Positions 23,348 through 34,800 of a DNA stretch of 64,000 nt are shown here, piece after piece. The notes under the pieces were generated by a model that had not been told where the DNA came from, searched no databases, and saw only the letters and a list, made by a program, of their open reading frames with translations. Origin of the DNA: Macrostomum lignano (taxonomy: Eukaryota); assembly GCA_002269645.1 (NCBI GenBank), contig NIVC01003615.1:1-64000 (forward strand). Direction: 5' to 3'. Position numbers and translations under genes: made by a program. Each line of letters starts with the position of its first letter. Position 1 is the first letter of the stretch.

Positions 23348-26300
23348 ATGACTGAGAAAGTGCGTATTCGTCAGGCAGTTAACAGAGGCGATGTCGAGGC
23401 CGTTAGGGATCACCTGAAGACGCTTCCGTCGTACCGCGATAGAGATACATTTTGTCATGACAGCACGCGAACAGCAGCGCATAGTCGGCAGTGGGAAATG
23501 GCGCAGTTTCTTGCGCAGAGCATTAATGACGGGAGAACGAGAGATACGTGCTGCTTTGAGACAGCTCAAACTGCTACAATGTACAAGCAGTGGCCTTGGC
23601 TGAATGTTTTCGTGCAGGCAATTTCTAACCGAGAGACAAGAGATCTCTGCTGCCAGCAGATCGCACCGTATGCCGCACGCAATGAGCAGTGGGATTTAGT
23701 GAGATTTCTAGTCCAGGAAGCTGCCAATCCAACTGTGAAGGATCAGCTAAGAGCTGCTGGATCGGAATCGGCTTCAAAATTCGCCCAGTGGGATGTAGCG
23801 GAATCTCTGCTACGAGAAATCGCCAACCAGGATATTCGAGACGAATGTTGCAGCAAGGTGTTGAAAACCGCTGCAGCCAAGCATCAGTGGGATTTAGTGA
23901 GACTTGTTGCACAGTTAATTCAATGCGAACGGAAGCGAGACAGAAGCTGCGTGGAAACAGCAAAATCTGCTGCAAAAGACGGTCAGCAGGAACTCGTTCG
24001 ATTTCTGGTGCAACAAATCGGAGACCAGAGTTTGAAGGACAGGTGCTGCATGGAGGCATCGGAAGCTGCTTCAAATGCGAGACGTTGGCCATTGGTGAGA
24101 CTTCTTGTTGAACTCTTCTTTGACAGTGGCATGAGAGATCGGATCTGTGTGCATGCCGCTAAGGCCGCTTTGAGATTTGGCCAGTTGGAGGAACTGAAGT
24201 TTTTCGTTGAGACAGTTGCTGATCGAAGTTTAAAGGATCAATTCTGCATCGAGGCGGCGAAATCTGCTGCCAAAGAGCGCCTTTGGCGAGCGGTCGAATT
24301 TTTGGTGATGACAGTGGTCGATGAGCGTTCAAGAGACCAGTGCTGCAAGGATGCCGTGAAATCAGCTGCGAGTGAGTGCAAATGGGAACTTGTGGGGTCG
24401 CTCGTGAGTGCTATTTCCGATCCGAATATAAGCGATCAGTGCTGCATAGAGGCAGCCAAGTGTTCCGCAAGTGTTGGAAAACAGGAGATCGTTGAATTCC
24501 TATTTCACGCTCTAAAAAATCCCGATTCGCAAATCGCCTTCCGCCGAGAATGCGCCGTGGCGGCTTGCTGTCGTTTGCGCGAAGAATTTGTGGCTTTTCT
24601 CGGCGTTGAGCCCGACTGGCTCTTCGAATTTAGCCATGTCCTCAGCTTCACAGCTTCGATGGCCATCGAGGGCCGAAATTCCGTTCTGAAGTCGACTCTG
24701 TCGAAGATGAATCCCGATCGAATCACCCAGCTGCTCTGTCTCTCAATCTCACACTGCCATGTCTCACTGGCTCTAACGCTTATGGACGACGAGAGATTCA
24801 GCAAAGAGCATGTTGATGTGCCCGACAGCTCAGGAGCAACTGCGCTCATGCTAGCGGCTGATTCTGGTCACCACGAGCTCATAGATAAGCTGTTGGATCT
24901 GGGAGCGTCAGTGAGAGCTCAAGATCATCAGGGTAGAACGGCATTGACGCGAGCCTGCGAGGCGGGTCACATTAGAACTGCAAAGCTTCTGAAAGACAGG
25001 GGAGCGAATGCGGACCATCGAGACGGCCAAGGCCTGACGTGTACGCAGCTGGCAGAGAGGCTTGGACACTCGCAGCTGCTGCGGCTGCTGTGTCCCGAGA
25101 AAGTGAGGTCAGTTCATGCACAAATATTTTCTAAGTTCGTTGCGCTCAACAAAAGTTTTATCATTCAAACTTAGGATTGACAGAAAATTTGCAAACCTTT
25201 CAGCAGCCCGCCCATCAAGAAGCCGGTCGCTCTTTCCAGAAAACCTTCAAGTTCTTTGCCTTCGTAAGTTTTTTCCGCAAGCAGCTTTTCCATGTCTTTT
25301 ACTTGCCGTCGGCATAGATGTCTACGAGCGTAGAACTTCAATAGCCACAATGGCTATAAGTGTATAGATTTAAATGATTGCCTAATATATAAAAAAGAAC
25401 TTTTTCCCCATTCCAGATTCAAAGACGATGTTCAGCAGGACGAGCAGCTCAGCGAAGAGCTGCATCAACTGCTCAGCAAAGCTGGCTTCACATCTGAGAG
25501 AGCGGAGTGCCAGCAGAGAATGGCCTGCCTGCTGGAAGGAGTCGCCAAAACTCTGACTGAATATTCCCGAAAGATGACTGGCAGCTATGCGGAGGGTTGG
25601 GCTAACAGTCTGATGCAAGTCAACGGCAGGACAGCGGCTGACTCGGACATTGACTGGACTGTGCTTGTTCGCGGACAAACGTTTCATCTTGAAGACGGAT
25701 GCGGAAAATTTCGCGAATGCAATAATGTCGAAAAACTGAAGGTTGCAGAGGGTCACGCACAGGTGACAGTAGGATCTGGTAAGAGGAACAGGGTAATGTG
25801 TAACTTTTTAGTTTTCTTGTCAAAAAGTATTGCTCCGGCCCACTTGATTCGCAGTTGAACTTTCGCATTAGTCGCAAGTTTACCCTATCTTATTCAATCC
25901 ATAGGCAGCCAGCCTGCTGTGACAGTTGGTGCATCCGGGGTGCGGCCTGCACTGGACACGTGCCACGCCATTGAGTGCTGCAGCTCGTTCTGCGAGGACA
26001 GAATTGAAAAATTAATTAAAAACTACGGCTGGGTTCACCTCGTCAGGGCTACTCGACCGAGCTCAACCAACGAGCTCAGGGTAAGTTTCAGCTTCCAAGA
26101 GAGGGAGATCATGCGACAACTGAACACAATTCAGGGACAGCTGTTCACAATTATCAAGTTCATCTTCAAAAGGCACCTGCCGCTTAATCTCAGCACGCCC
26201 GGGCTCAAGAGCTATCACGCGAAAACGCTGCTATTTTTCATGCTGGAAAAGCACGGCATGGAGAATGGAGAAGCTTGGAAACCTCAGAAACTAATCTCGC

Positions 26301-27304
26301 TGATCAAGGAGTCACTCAGCATGCTCCTGAGCTTCATCGATAAGAGCAATTCAGCCGATGTGTGCATGCCGCATTTCTTCATGCCCGGCGCTCCGCTCTA
26401 CTTCAAAAATGCTGGAATCGGTGGCGACTTTGACAACACGAAGGCGAGAATTCGAAGCCGACTCAGCGAACTTAGGGGCGACATTAGCGGAGTGCTTAAG
26501 CAGCTTAAGGTGCTAGTGAGACCTCTGGAATCGGAGAATTTCTACTTTCACCCCTTCACGCTGTTGCCTCTGACGGCTTCGCCGGCCGAACTCGAGATAA
26601 GAAGCGGAATGGCCTTGCAGGAGCAGCATTCAAGGCTTGCGCGAGTGTACCAGGTGCTTCACCAGTGCTTGGACGAGCTGCAGTCGGAATCGAGCGACAG
26701 GGACACTCTGACTGGGCAACTCGGTCAGCTGGACCAGCTTCCGTCTTGCAAATACGCCGCCATGTGCCTGGCCGCCATTGTCAGCTTGCGGTTTGGAGAG
26801 ACAGCCGAGTCGGAGAGAATCTTGATGGAGCTTCAAAAGCGAAGAGTCAAAAGTGGACTTAGCCCGAGAGAGGTTCAAACGTTGGACACAGACTGGGCTT
26901 GGCGGTTCTGCCTCCCGTGTCACAATCCGCCCCACTTCCCGTTCCTGCCCGGCTTCACGCAGTCTCTGTTCACAGCCAGACTGTCGCAGCCGAGCTCCTC
27001 TCACCTGTACGTGAACTTCCGCTGCCTGAGCTGGAGCCTCCAAGCCGAGCTGCTCCATGATCGCAGCCCAATAGTGTTCGGTGAGTGGCTGGAAGATCTG
27101 CAAGAAGACCCGGACTTGGAGGAGCTGCTCACCCTAGCCCACTACAGCGACTGCCGTGAGCATGTGATGTTCTGCCTAGAGCAAATGGAGATTATCAGAG
27201 ACGAGAGACGCGTCGCCATGGATACCCAGGACCACGAAAAGATTCGCTGCGTGACTGAGAAGCTTCAACGGCTAAGCAAGTCTCCGCAGGCACGGCGCTC
27301 TTAA
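23348..27304 (+). CDS. Ankyrin-repeat plus cGAS/Mab-21-like nucleotidyltransferase (cGLR-like), about 1198 aa
   Basis: Exons 23348-25102, 25184-25263, 25417-25778 and 25905-27304 are phase-compatible (total 3597 nt, no internal stop). The protein has eleven 33-aa repeats, then canonical ankyrins (GATALMLAADSGH, GRTALTRACEAGH), the NTase motif TGSYAEG...DSDIDWTV, a third acidic position in ALDTCHAI, and the Mab-21 signature FSFQERE...IIKFIFK...LKSYHAKTLLF. Confidence 0.85.
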
Positions 27305-27932
27305 ACATGGAATTGACCTCTTATAATTAAATGCTTCAGATAGAAGGACCAGTGAGCATAAATTTTTATCTAAGCACAGTAGGCATATAGGTTGTAGTGT
27401 AGTGTTAATACAGACGATAATACTTTGCTTCCAACTTTCTCACACGGTAGAGTAGCGCAGTCTGTTTGTCCTGTTCGTGTGTAAGTTGCTTTTTTGCTTC
27501 AATGTCATTGACTTATGAGTATTATCTACACCGCACGAGGGTCACTCCGAAAGTTTTTTAGAATGTAACGGTTATAATGCTAATAACAAAACAAAACTCT
27601 AAACTTTTTTTAAGTAACTCCCTCCAGCAGCAAAACAAAAAGTTCTATTCCTTCCCTTCCATTCTAAAGACTTTCGGGGTTGACCCTCGTAAAGCCAATT
27701 TCTATACAGAGCGAGGTAAAGCTCCCTTTTGGATTAAATTTTTCTATTTGCTGTTCTGTTCTGTTTAATCCTCTTTGTATGTTCTGACAGTTTCAAAGGT
27801 TTTTTAATTTTGAACAAATGTACTTGCGTTCACTTAAGAAAATGCTATCCTAACAATTTTGGCACGGGCTTCTTTTTAGCTAGAAGCAGAAAACTTGATA
27901 GAGAACCAGATGTGAACTTTAGAAGCAGCTCA

Positions 27933-28340
27933 TCAGCAGGCCACCCATCGAGAACATCCAACCACAGCGGTACGAAAAGTGCTTGCCGTTGCCTGGTGAT
28001 CAAAGAAACGAAAGAAGACCGTCGAGATCTGCGCGCTGACGACATCGAAGCTTCGAGACGCTGACGGACGTGCGGACGGAGCTTCCTCGATTTCGGCAAT
28101 CTGGTTTCCAAAGTTCGAGAGGATCTGCGACGTTCGTTCGTCCTGCCGCCAGAGGTCAAAACCTGCTTTACCTAGATGCTGACGGATTCGCTTGAGCAGC
28201 AAGTTGACGAAGCGCACGCTAGCCTGCTGCGCGTCGCCTTTACGGTCAGCAACTATCGTCGAGTCACCGACGCCAGCTGAGCAAAATTTCTTCCATATAA
28301 TTTTTTTGCGATCCAGGTGTCCGTATGAACTACTACGAGC
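27933..28340 (-). other. Open frame without ATG resembling a death-fold domain (orphan exon or pseudogene fragment)
   Basis: About 135 open codons read ...IWKKFCSAGVGDSTIVADRKGDAQQASVRFVNLLLKRIRQHLGKAGFDLW...ILSNFGNQIAEIEE. It is a GC-rich island in AT-rich flanks. The spacing of W, G/D-I, LL, G-A-L and L-G-AEI loosely matches death domains. Confidence 0.3.
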
Positions 28341-29925
28341 TAGCTAATGGAAGTTTTCTTTATTGAATTTGTTCTGTTCTGATCATGTAAACTTTTACTA
28401 TAGATTGTTTTTTGTCTAAGTTTGACATTATTTTCGCTAATAAATTATCCAATTTCATGTTTCAGTGTGTGCGTAGATTTGAAATAATCTAAGCAACTTT
28501 GTGTGCAAAAATTTGAATATTTTGTGGGATTAAACATACAAGTATACCTTTTACTCATTAGCTTTTGCTGAGAAACGACAGCTCTGCGAGGGATTAAAGA
28601 TTATAGTTTAAGTAGCTTTGATTCTTCTATAGATTTACATGTATAAGTCAGCTTGTTGAGCAAGAACGTCAAGAGTTGCTTTTATATATTTGTGCTCCAA
28701 TTGCTGGGACACACATGCCCTGCCTCTGGTCGCCTACGCGTACGCTGGAACCCGCTGGACAAAATTTTAACATCCAACTGACCGAATTAGCCATGTAAGT
28801 TTAAGCCATTGAAAATAGCTATCAGTTTTTATATGGATTCTGCAGTTGGCTCATCTGGTCCCAGAATCGCGAGAACAGACAAAACTGCCCCCCCTTTCCC
28901 GAATTGTGCGTACAACCATGCAGGATCCGGGAAAGGGAAAGGGGGGACAATTTTTTTTATCTCATCGAATCGATCGATCGCTTGGCAATTTAATTGCGAT
29001 CGTCAGTTCCCTCTGTCCAGCCTCGTGAACAACAAGCCTACAGCAGAGAGCGTACAGTAAATGTACATGTAAATCGGGGTTTTCAGGATGTTATAAAACA
29101 AGGAATCAACTCATAGATTTGAGCGATACTTCAAATAGGGAAGTTGCCAACTGCCCTAGCTCTGTAGTATATTTTTCTATCTATCAATTTCGCTACTGGA
29201 TACTTTCGTATAAGCAATGAGCCTAAAAGTTTACTAAATACGCCAGTGTATCGTCTAATATCAATAATTATGGATGTCGAAATTCTAAGCGGCGAGTCTC
29301 GAAGATGGCGACAGTTTGTGGCAAAGAAACGGCACAACTTTCCCGAGGGGTGAGTTTCAAGTGCATGTACCAGCATTAGGATCGTAATTGGTGAAAATTG
29401 TAAGCTTCAGCTTCTGCGCTAGCGATTCTTGAAATAGCTGTCGATGCATGTATATAGAAAAACGATGTTAATTCTGTGATTTTACGAGTAATTAATGTAA
29501 TGTCATATGGTAGTACCGTAATTTCACAACGTCCAATACAACAACTGCCGATGATTTTAATAAAGCAACCTTACGCATGTTGCATCGTAAATGTACAATT
29601 GTTGTCCTGGATATGCTTTAAGCCCTACATTATTGTCAGGTTCCCCTGTCGAAATCTAAACACTGCAATGGACTCCCTTTGTGCATGAAAATAATTCGTT
29701 CTCAAATTTTAACAAATTATTGGTGTAGTGTCGATATTAATGTATCAATGACAAATTTTAACAGTAAACTAACATTTTATACTGATCAACAAGCTATACA
29801 TGTACATTTCCAGTAGAGCTACTAGCAATCTACGCCCCCCGTTGGGGAGCCAAAGAAATGCAATACACGTATTTTTAATAAGCTACATGTATCCTTGAAA
29901 TCTTAAAAAATCTCCTGTCAAAATT

Positions 29926-30183
29926 CTAACCCTAACCAAAACCCTAAATTCAATATTTTGTCCATGAGTTTTTGCATGATCGATGCTTCTATGATTTTTG
30001 GCATGACGCTTCCATTGTTTTTGCATGACGCTTCCATTATTTTTGCATGATGCTTCCATGATAAACATTTTTAATAAGCTAAATGAGTTAAGTTATAAGC
30101 TACCCTAACCCTAACCCTAACCCGAATCTTAACGCAATAACCCTGAACCTAACCCTAAACCTAAACCCTAATACCAACCCTAG
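29926..30183 (+). repeat. Interstitial telomere-like (CCCTAA)n tract with an adjacent ~22-bp tandem repeat
   Basis: CCCTAACCCTAACCCTAACCC plus degenerate CCCTAA units at 30103-30183, a shorter tract at about 29926, and 3-4 copies of TTTTGCATGACGCTTCCATT at about 29970-30060. Confidence 0.7.
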
Positions 30184-31801
30184 CTTGAAGGACGACTAGT
30201 GTACTACATAAAAGTACTTTAACATGTACCTTTAAATAAAAGTATATTTAAAATTGCATATTTCATTTGGGTAACAGTAATTAGCTTTTTATATTTGGCC
30301 AGCTCACGTAGCTTAATGGAAAAAAGAGATAGTGACTTTTTTATGCGATGGCTTGCAGAAAATTTACAGTTTTTGGCTACACGAGGCTTAAAGACTTCAG
30401 GTTAAGTTATCACGAATTAAATTGACAATATCGCTACGTTTAAACAAAGATATATACCATTTATTAGTCCTGGCAAAATATTGCTTTGATAAAGTTGGTC
30501 TAAATTATAAAATGTTGTTAAACTCGAATATTAGCAACAGGGCCCATATTACGAATGCTGTGTTAGAAAGTGATAGAGTTTAAATGTAAAATTTTCCTGG
30601 AAGTACTGTCGTTTGCCCACGTAAACAGTTTCGAACTGGTGGCACTGGTACTGGTAGCAGACTGCAGAGGCATATGTCTTAATCAACAACTATTTAAGCG
30701 GGTTAAGTGTTAGTTTAGAGCCCGAAAACTTATATACATTAAAATTTCTCGGCAGTACGCAAAGTTTTTAAAATTGAAACACTGGTAGAAAAATATCCGC
30801 GTTAGACACTTAACAATGTTTGCAAGGGAGATTGAGTCGTAAGTTTCTTTTTGAATTTAATGCTGGTTGTACATTATCTCTTTTATTTCACATGAATCTA
30901 GAACTTTCAGGTCTATTGGCGGGTCAAATTTCAGGTCAAATGGCAATTGTTTCTTAGATGTTGAACTTTTTGTGCAAGCATTGTACAGTTTGAACTTCTG
31001 GTTGATCTTAGTCCTAAGACATGATTTACTTCTTACATATAACCAGCCTACCAGTATTAGTTTAACAGTTTGCTCAAGCACCTCATCCAATAAAAAAATT
31101 ATACTATATTTTTTAGGTTTTTTATGTGCCTGAATTCCTAATGCTTAAAAACCTTCAAATTTAATATCACATATATCTTCTTTTGAAAATTGATAATTCA
31201 AAAAATGTTTTATAGTATATAGTAACGCTAGTATTAAATATAAATATAACAGATGCAGTTTAATTATTGTAAATCTTATTATTATGGAATAGCTGTTTAA
31301 TTCTTTGGACTACTCTTGTTTTTAAATTAAATACCTTTATTATAATATATAATGTTAAGCTAATAATTCATATTTATTAGCATTTGATTTTAGTTTATTG
31401 CTTTTATTAAGAAATATTTATTTACCATTTATATTTCATAGCTATAAACCCAAAATCATATTGCTAAACTGAATGCTTAAATATTACTAGTTTACTTTTA
31501 TCTGTTCTTTATTTTTATATTTAAACAACTAGACTTATTTTTATTTAACTCTTTCTTTTATATCCATAAAAGCAGACTTCAGCTTTCATCATATCTATTT
31601 GAAGCATTTACAATATTTACAAGTTTATTTAAGTTTCTCAGCAATTTTTTTATAAATAACATTGAAACAAATATTATATTAAAATAATTATACTATAAAA
31701 TACCAATGAAATGCAACCTGTTCATAAATAAACTGTAAATATTGTGTCTAGTCCAATAACCAGGCTCATTTCTACACTGTCTACCAACCAGGTCGGTGCA
31801 G

Positions 31802-34800
31802 ATGCGGCTGTACACACTTAGCAAGCGCAGCTTTGTATTGGTCTTCCTAGTCTTCTTTGCCTGCTTTGGCCTGGCAGTGTTTGTTGGCCTGCTGGGACCA
31901 CCAATCATCCAGCAGTCGGTGCAGAATGCCAGCAGCTTGAAGCCAGCGCCAACTCCATCAGTCATGCGGCGGGGTCCATTCAATCTGCTGAGCCCGCCGC
32001 TTAACCTGCTGCACCAGCAGCTCTGGCTGGTGGCCAAGTTCTTTGTTGATGAGTCGCAGTGTGAGTTGGTCGCAGTCTGATAATTATTGATTCAATAATT
32101 TTATAGCGTGTAACATAACAGCAGGTGTGGGGGTAACTGACTCGGCAATAAAACTCGCACACACAGACGACCGAAAGCTGGAGTACGGCCTGACCGTCAG
32201 CGTCAACTTGACAAGAGGCCGCGGCGCCAGGTGCGGCAGCTTCTTCAGCGGGCCGCACAGCCGGATGAGGCGGCTGCGGTGCGACCGCAGGGTGAGGAGT
32301 GGATGCTGGGCTATGTGCTGTACTTTATGCTGTAGGTGTGCTGTAGTTTATGCTGTAGGTGTGCTGTAGTTTATGCTGTAGTTGTGCTGTAGGTGTGCTG
32401 TAGTTTATGCTGTAGGTGTGCTGTAGTTTATGCTGTAGGTATGCTGTAGTTTATGCTGTAGGTGTGCTGTAGTTTTATGCTGTAGGTGTGCTGTATTTAT
32501 GCTGTAGGTGTGCTGTAGTTTATGCTGTAGGTGTGCTGTAGTTTATGCTGTAGTTTATGCTGTAGTTGTGCTGTAGGTGTGCTGTAGTTTATGCTGTAGT
32601 TGTGCTGTAGGTGTGCTGTAGTTTATGCTGTAGGTGTGCTGTAGTTTTATGCTGTAGGTGTGCTGTAGTTTATGCTGTAATTTATACTGTAGTTGTGCTG
32701 TAGTTGTGCTGTATTTATGCTGTAGGTGTGCTGTAGTTTATGCTGTAGGTGTGCTGTAGTTTATGCTGTAGGTGTGCTGTAGTTTATGCTGTAGTTTATG
32801 CTGTAGTTTATGCTGTAGTTGTGCTGTAGGTGTGCTGTAGTTTATGCTGTAGTTTATGCTGTAAGTTTAGTTGTGCTGTAGGTGTGCTGTAGTTTATGCT
32901 GTAGGTGTGCTGTAGTTTATGCTGTAGGTGTGCTGTAGTTTATGCTGTAGGTGTGCTGTAGTTTATGCTGTAATTTATACTGTAGTTGTGCTGTAGTTGT
33001 GCTGTTTTTATGCTGTAGGTGTGCTGTAGTTTATGCTGTAGGTGTGCTGTAGTTTATGCTGTAGTTTATGCTGTAGTTGTGCTGTAGTTGTGCTGTAGGT
33101 GTGCTGTAGTTTATGCTGTAGTTGTGCTGTAGGTGTGCTGTAGTTTATGCTGTAGGTGTGCTGTAGTTTTATGCTGTAGGTGTGCTGTAGTTTATGCTGT
33201 AATTTATACTGTAGTTGTGCTGTAGTTGTGCTGTATTTATGCTGTAGGTGTGCTGTAGTTTATGCTGTAGGTGTGCTGTAGTTGTGCTGTAGTTTTATGC
33301 TGTAGGTGTGCTGTAGTTTATGCTGTAGTTTATGCTGTAGTTTATGCTGTAGTTGTGCTGTAGTTGTGCTGTAGGTGTGCTGTAGTTTGTGCTGTAGTTT
33401 ATGCTGTAGTTGTGCTGTAGGTGTGCTGTAGTTTATGCTGTAGGTGTGCTGTAGTTTTATGCTGTAGGTGTGCTGTAGTTTATGCTGTAATTTATACTGT
33501 AGTTGTGCTGTAGTTGTGCTGTATTTATGCTGTAGGTGTGCTGTAGTTTTATGCTGTAGGTGTGCTGTAGGTGTGCTGTACTGTATGCTGTAGGTGTGCT
33601 GTAGTTTATGCTGTAGTTTATGCTGTAGGTGTGCTGTAGGTGTGCTGTAGTTTATGCTGTAGTTTATGCTGTAGGTGTGCTGTAGGTGTGCTGTAGTTTA
33701 TGCTGTAGGTATGCTGTAGTTTATGCTGTAGTTGTGCTGTAGGTGTGCTGTAGTTGTGCTGTAGGTGTGCTGTAGTTTATGCTGTAGGTGTGCTGTAGTT
33801 TATGCTGTAGGTGTGCTGTAGTTTATGCTGTAGGTGTGCTGTAGTTTTATGCTGTAGGTGTGCTGTAGTTTATGCTGTAATTTATACTGTAGTTGTGCTG
33901 TAGTTGTGCTGTATTTATGCTGTAGGTGTACTGTAGTTTATGCTGTAGGTGTGCTGTAGTTTATGCTGTAGTTTATGCTGTAGGTGTGCTGTAGGTGTGC
34001 TGTAGTTTATGCTGTAGGTATGCTGTAGGTGTGCTGTAGTTTATGCTGTAGGTGTGCTGTAGTTTATGCTGTAGGTGTGCTGTAGTTTATGCTGTAGGTG
34101 TGCTGTAGTTTATGCTGTAGGTGTGCTGTAGTTTTATGCTGTAGTTGTGCTGTAGTTTTATGCTGTAGGTGTGCTGTAGTTTATGCTGTAGGTGTGCTGT
34201 AGTTTTTTTTGCTGTAGGTGTGCTGTAGTTTATGCTGTAGTTTATGCTGTAGGTGTGCTGTATAAAACTAAGTGATAGGCCTAGGACTGCAGCAATATTT
34301 CCCATATCTCTCGCGCAGGCCTGCTCCCAGATGACCCTGTTCCACCTGAGCTACATCAACTGCAGCCGATACTCGGTGCAGGTGGGCTTCTCAGGCCTGG
34401 AGAATGTGTCCGGCGAGATGCTGTCGGTGCGCGATGTGCAGTTCGGCTTCGTCACCTACAGTCCGGCCTTCACGCAGGAGGAGATCTGGCTGAGATTCCT
34501 CCTCCTGCTCGCCTCCTTCGTGGCCGTGGTGAGTTCAGTCTCCCCTCTGTTCTCTCATCCACCATCTGTCCTCTCACCCCTCCGTCTCTTCTCTCACCCC
34601 ACCATCTCTTCTCTCACCCCACCATCTGTTCTCTCACCCCACCATCTCTTCTCTCCCCCTCCATCTGTTCTCTCGCCCACCATCTGTTCTCTCATCCACC
34701 ATCTGTCCTCTCACCCCTCCGTCTCTTCTCTCACCCCACCATCTCTTCTCTCACCCTCCATCTGTTCTCTCACCCCATCTGGTCTGTCACCCCATCTGTT

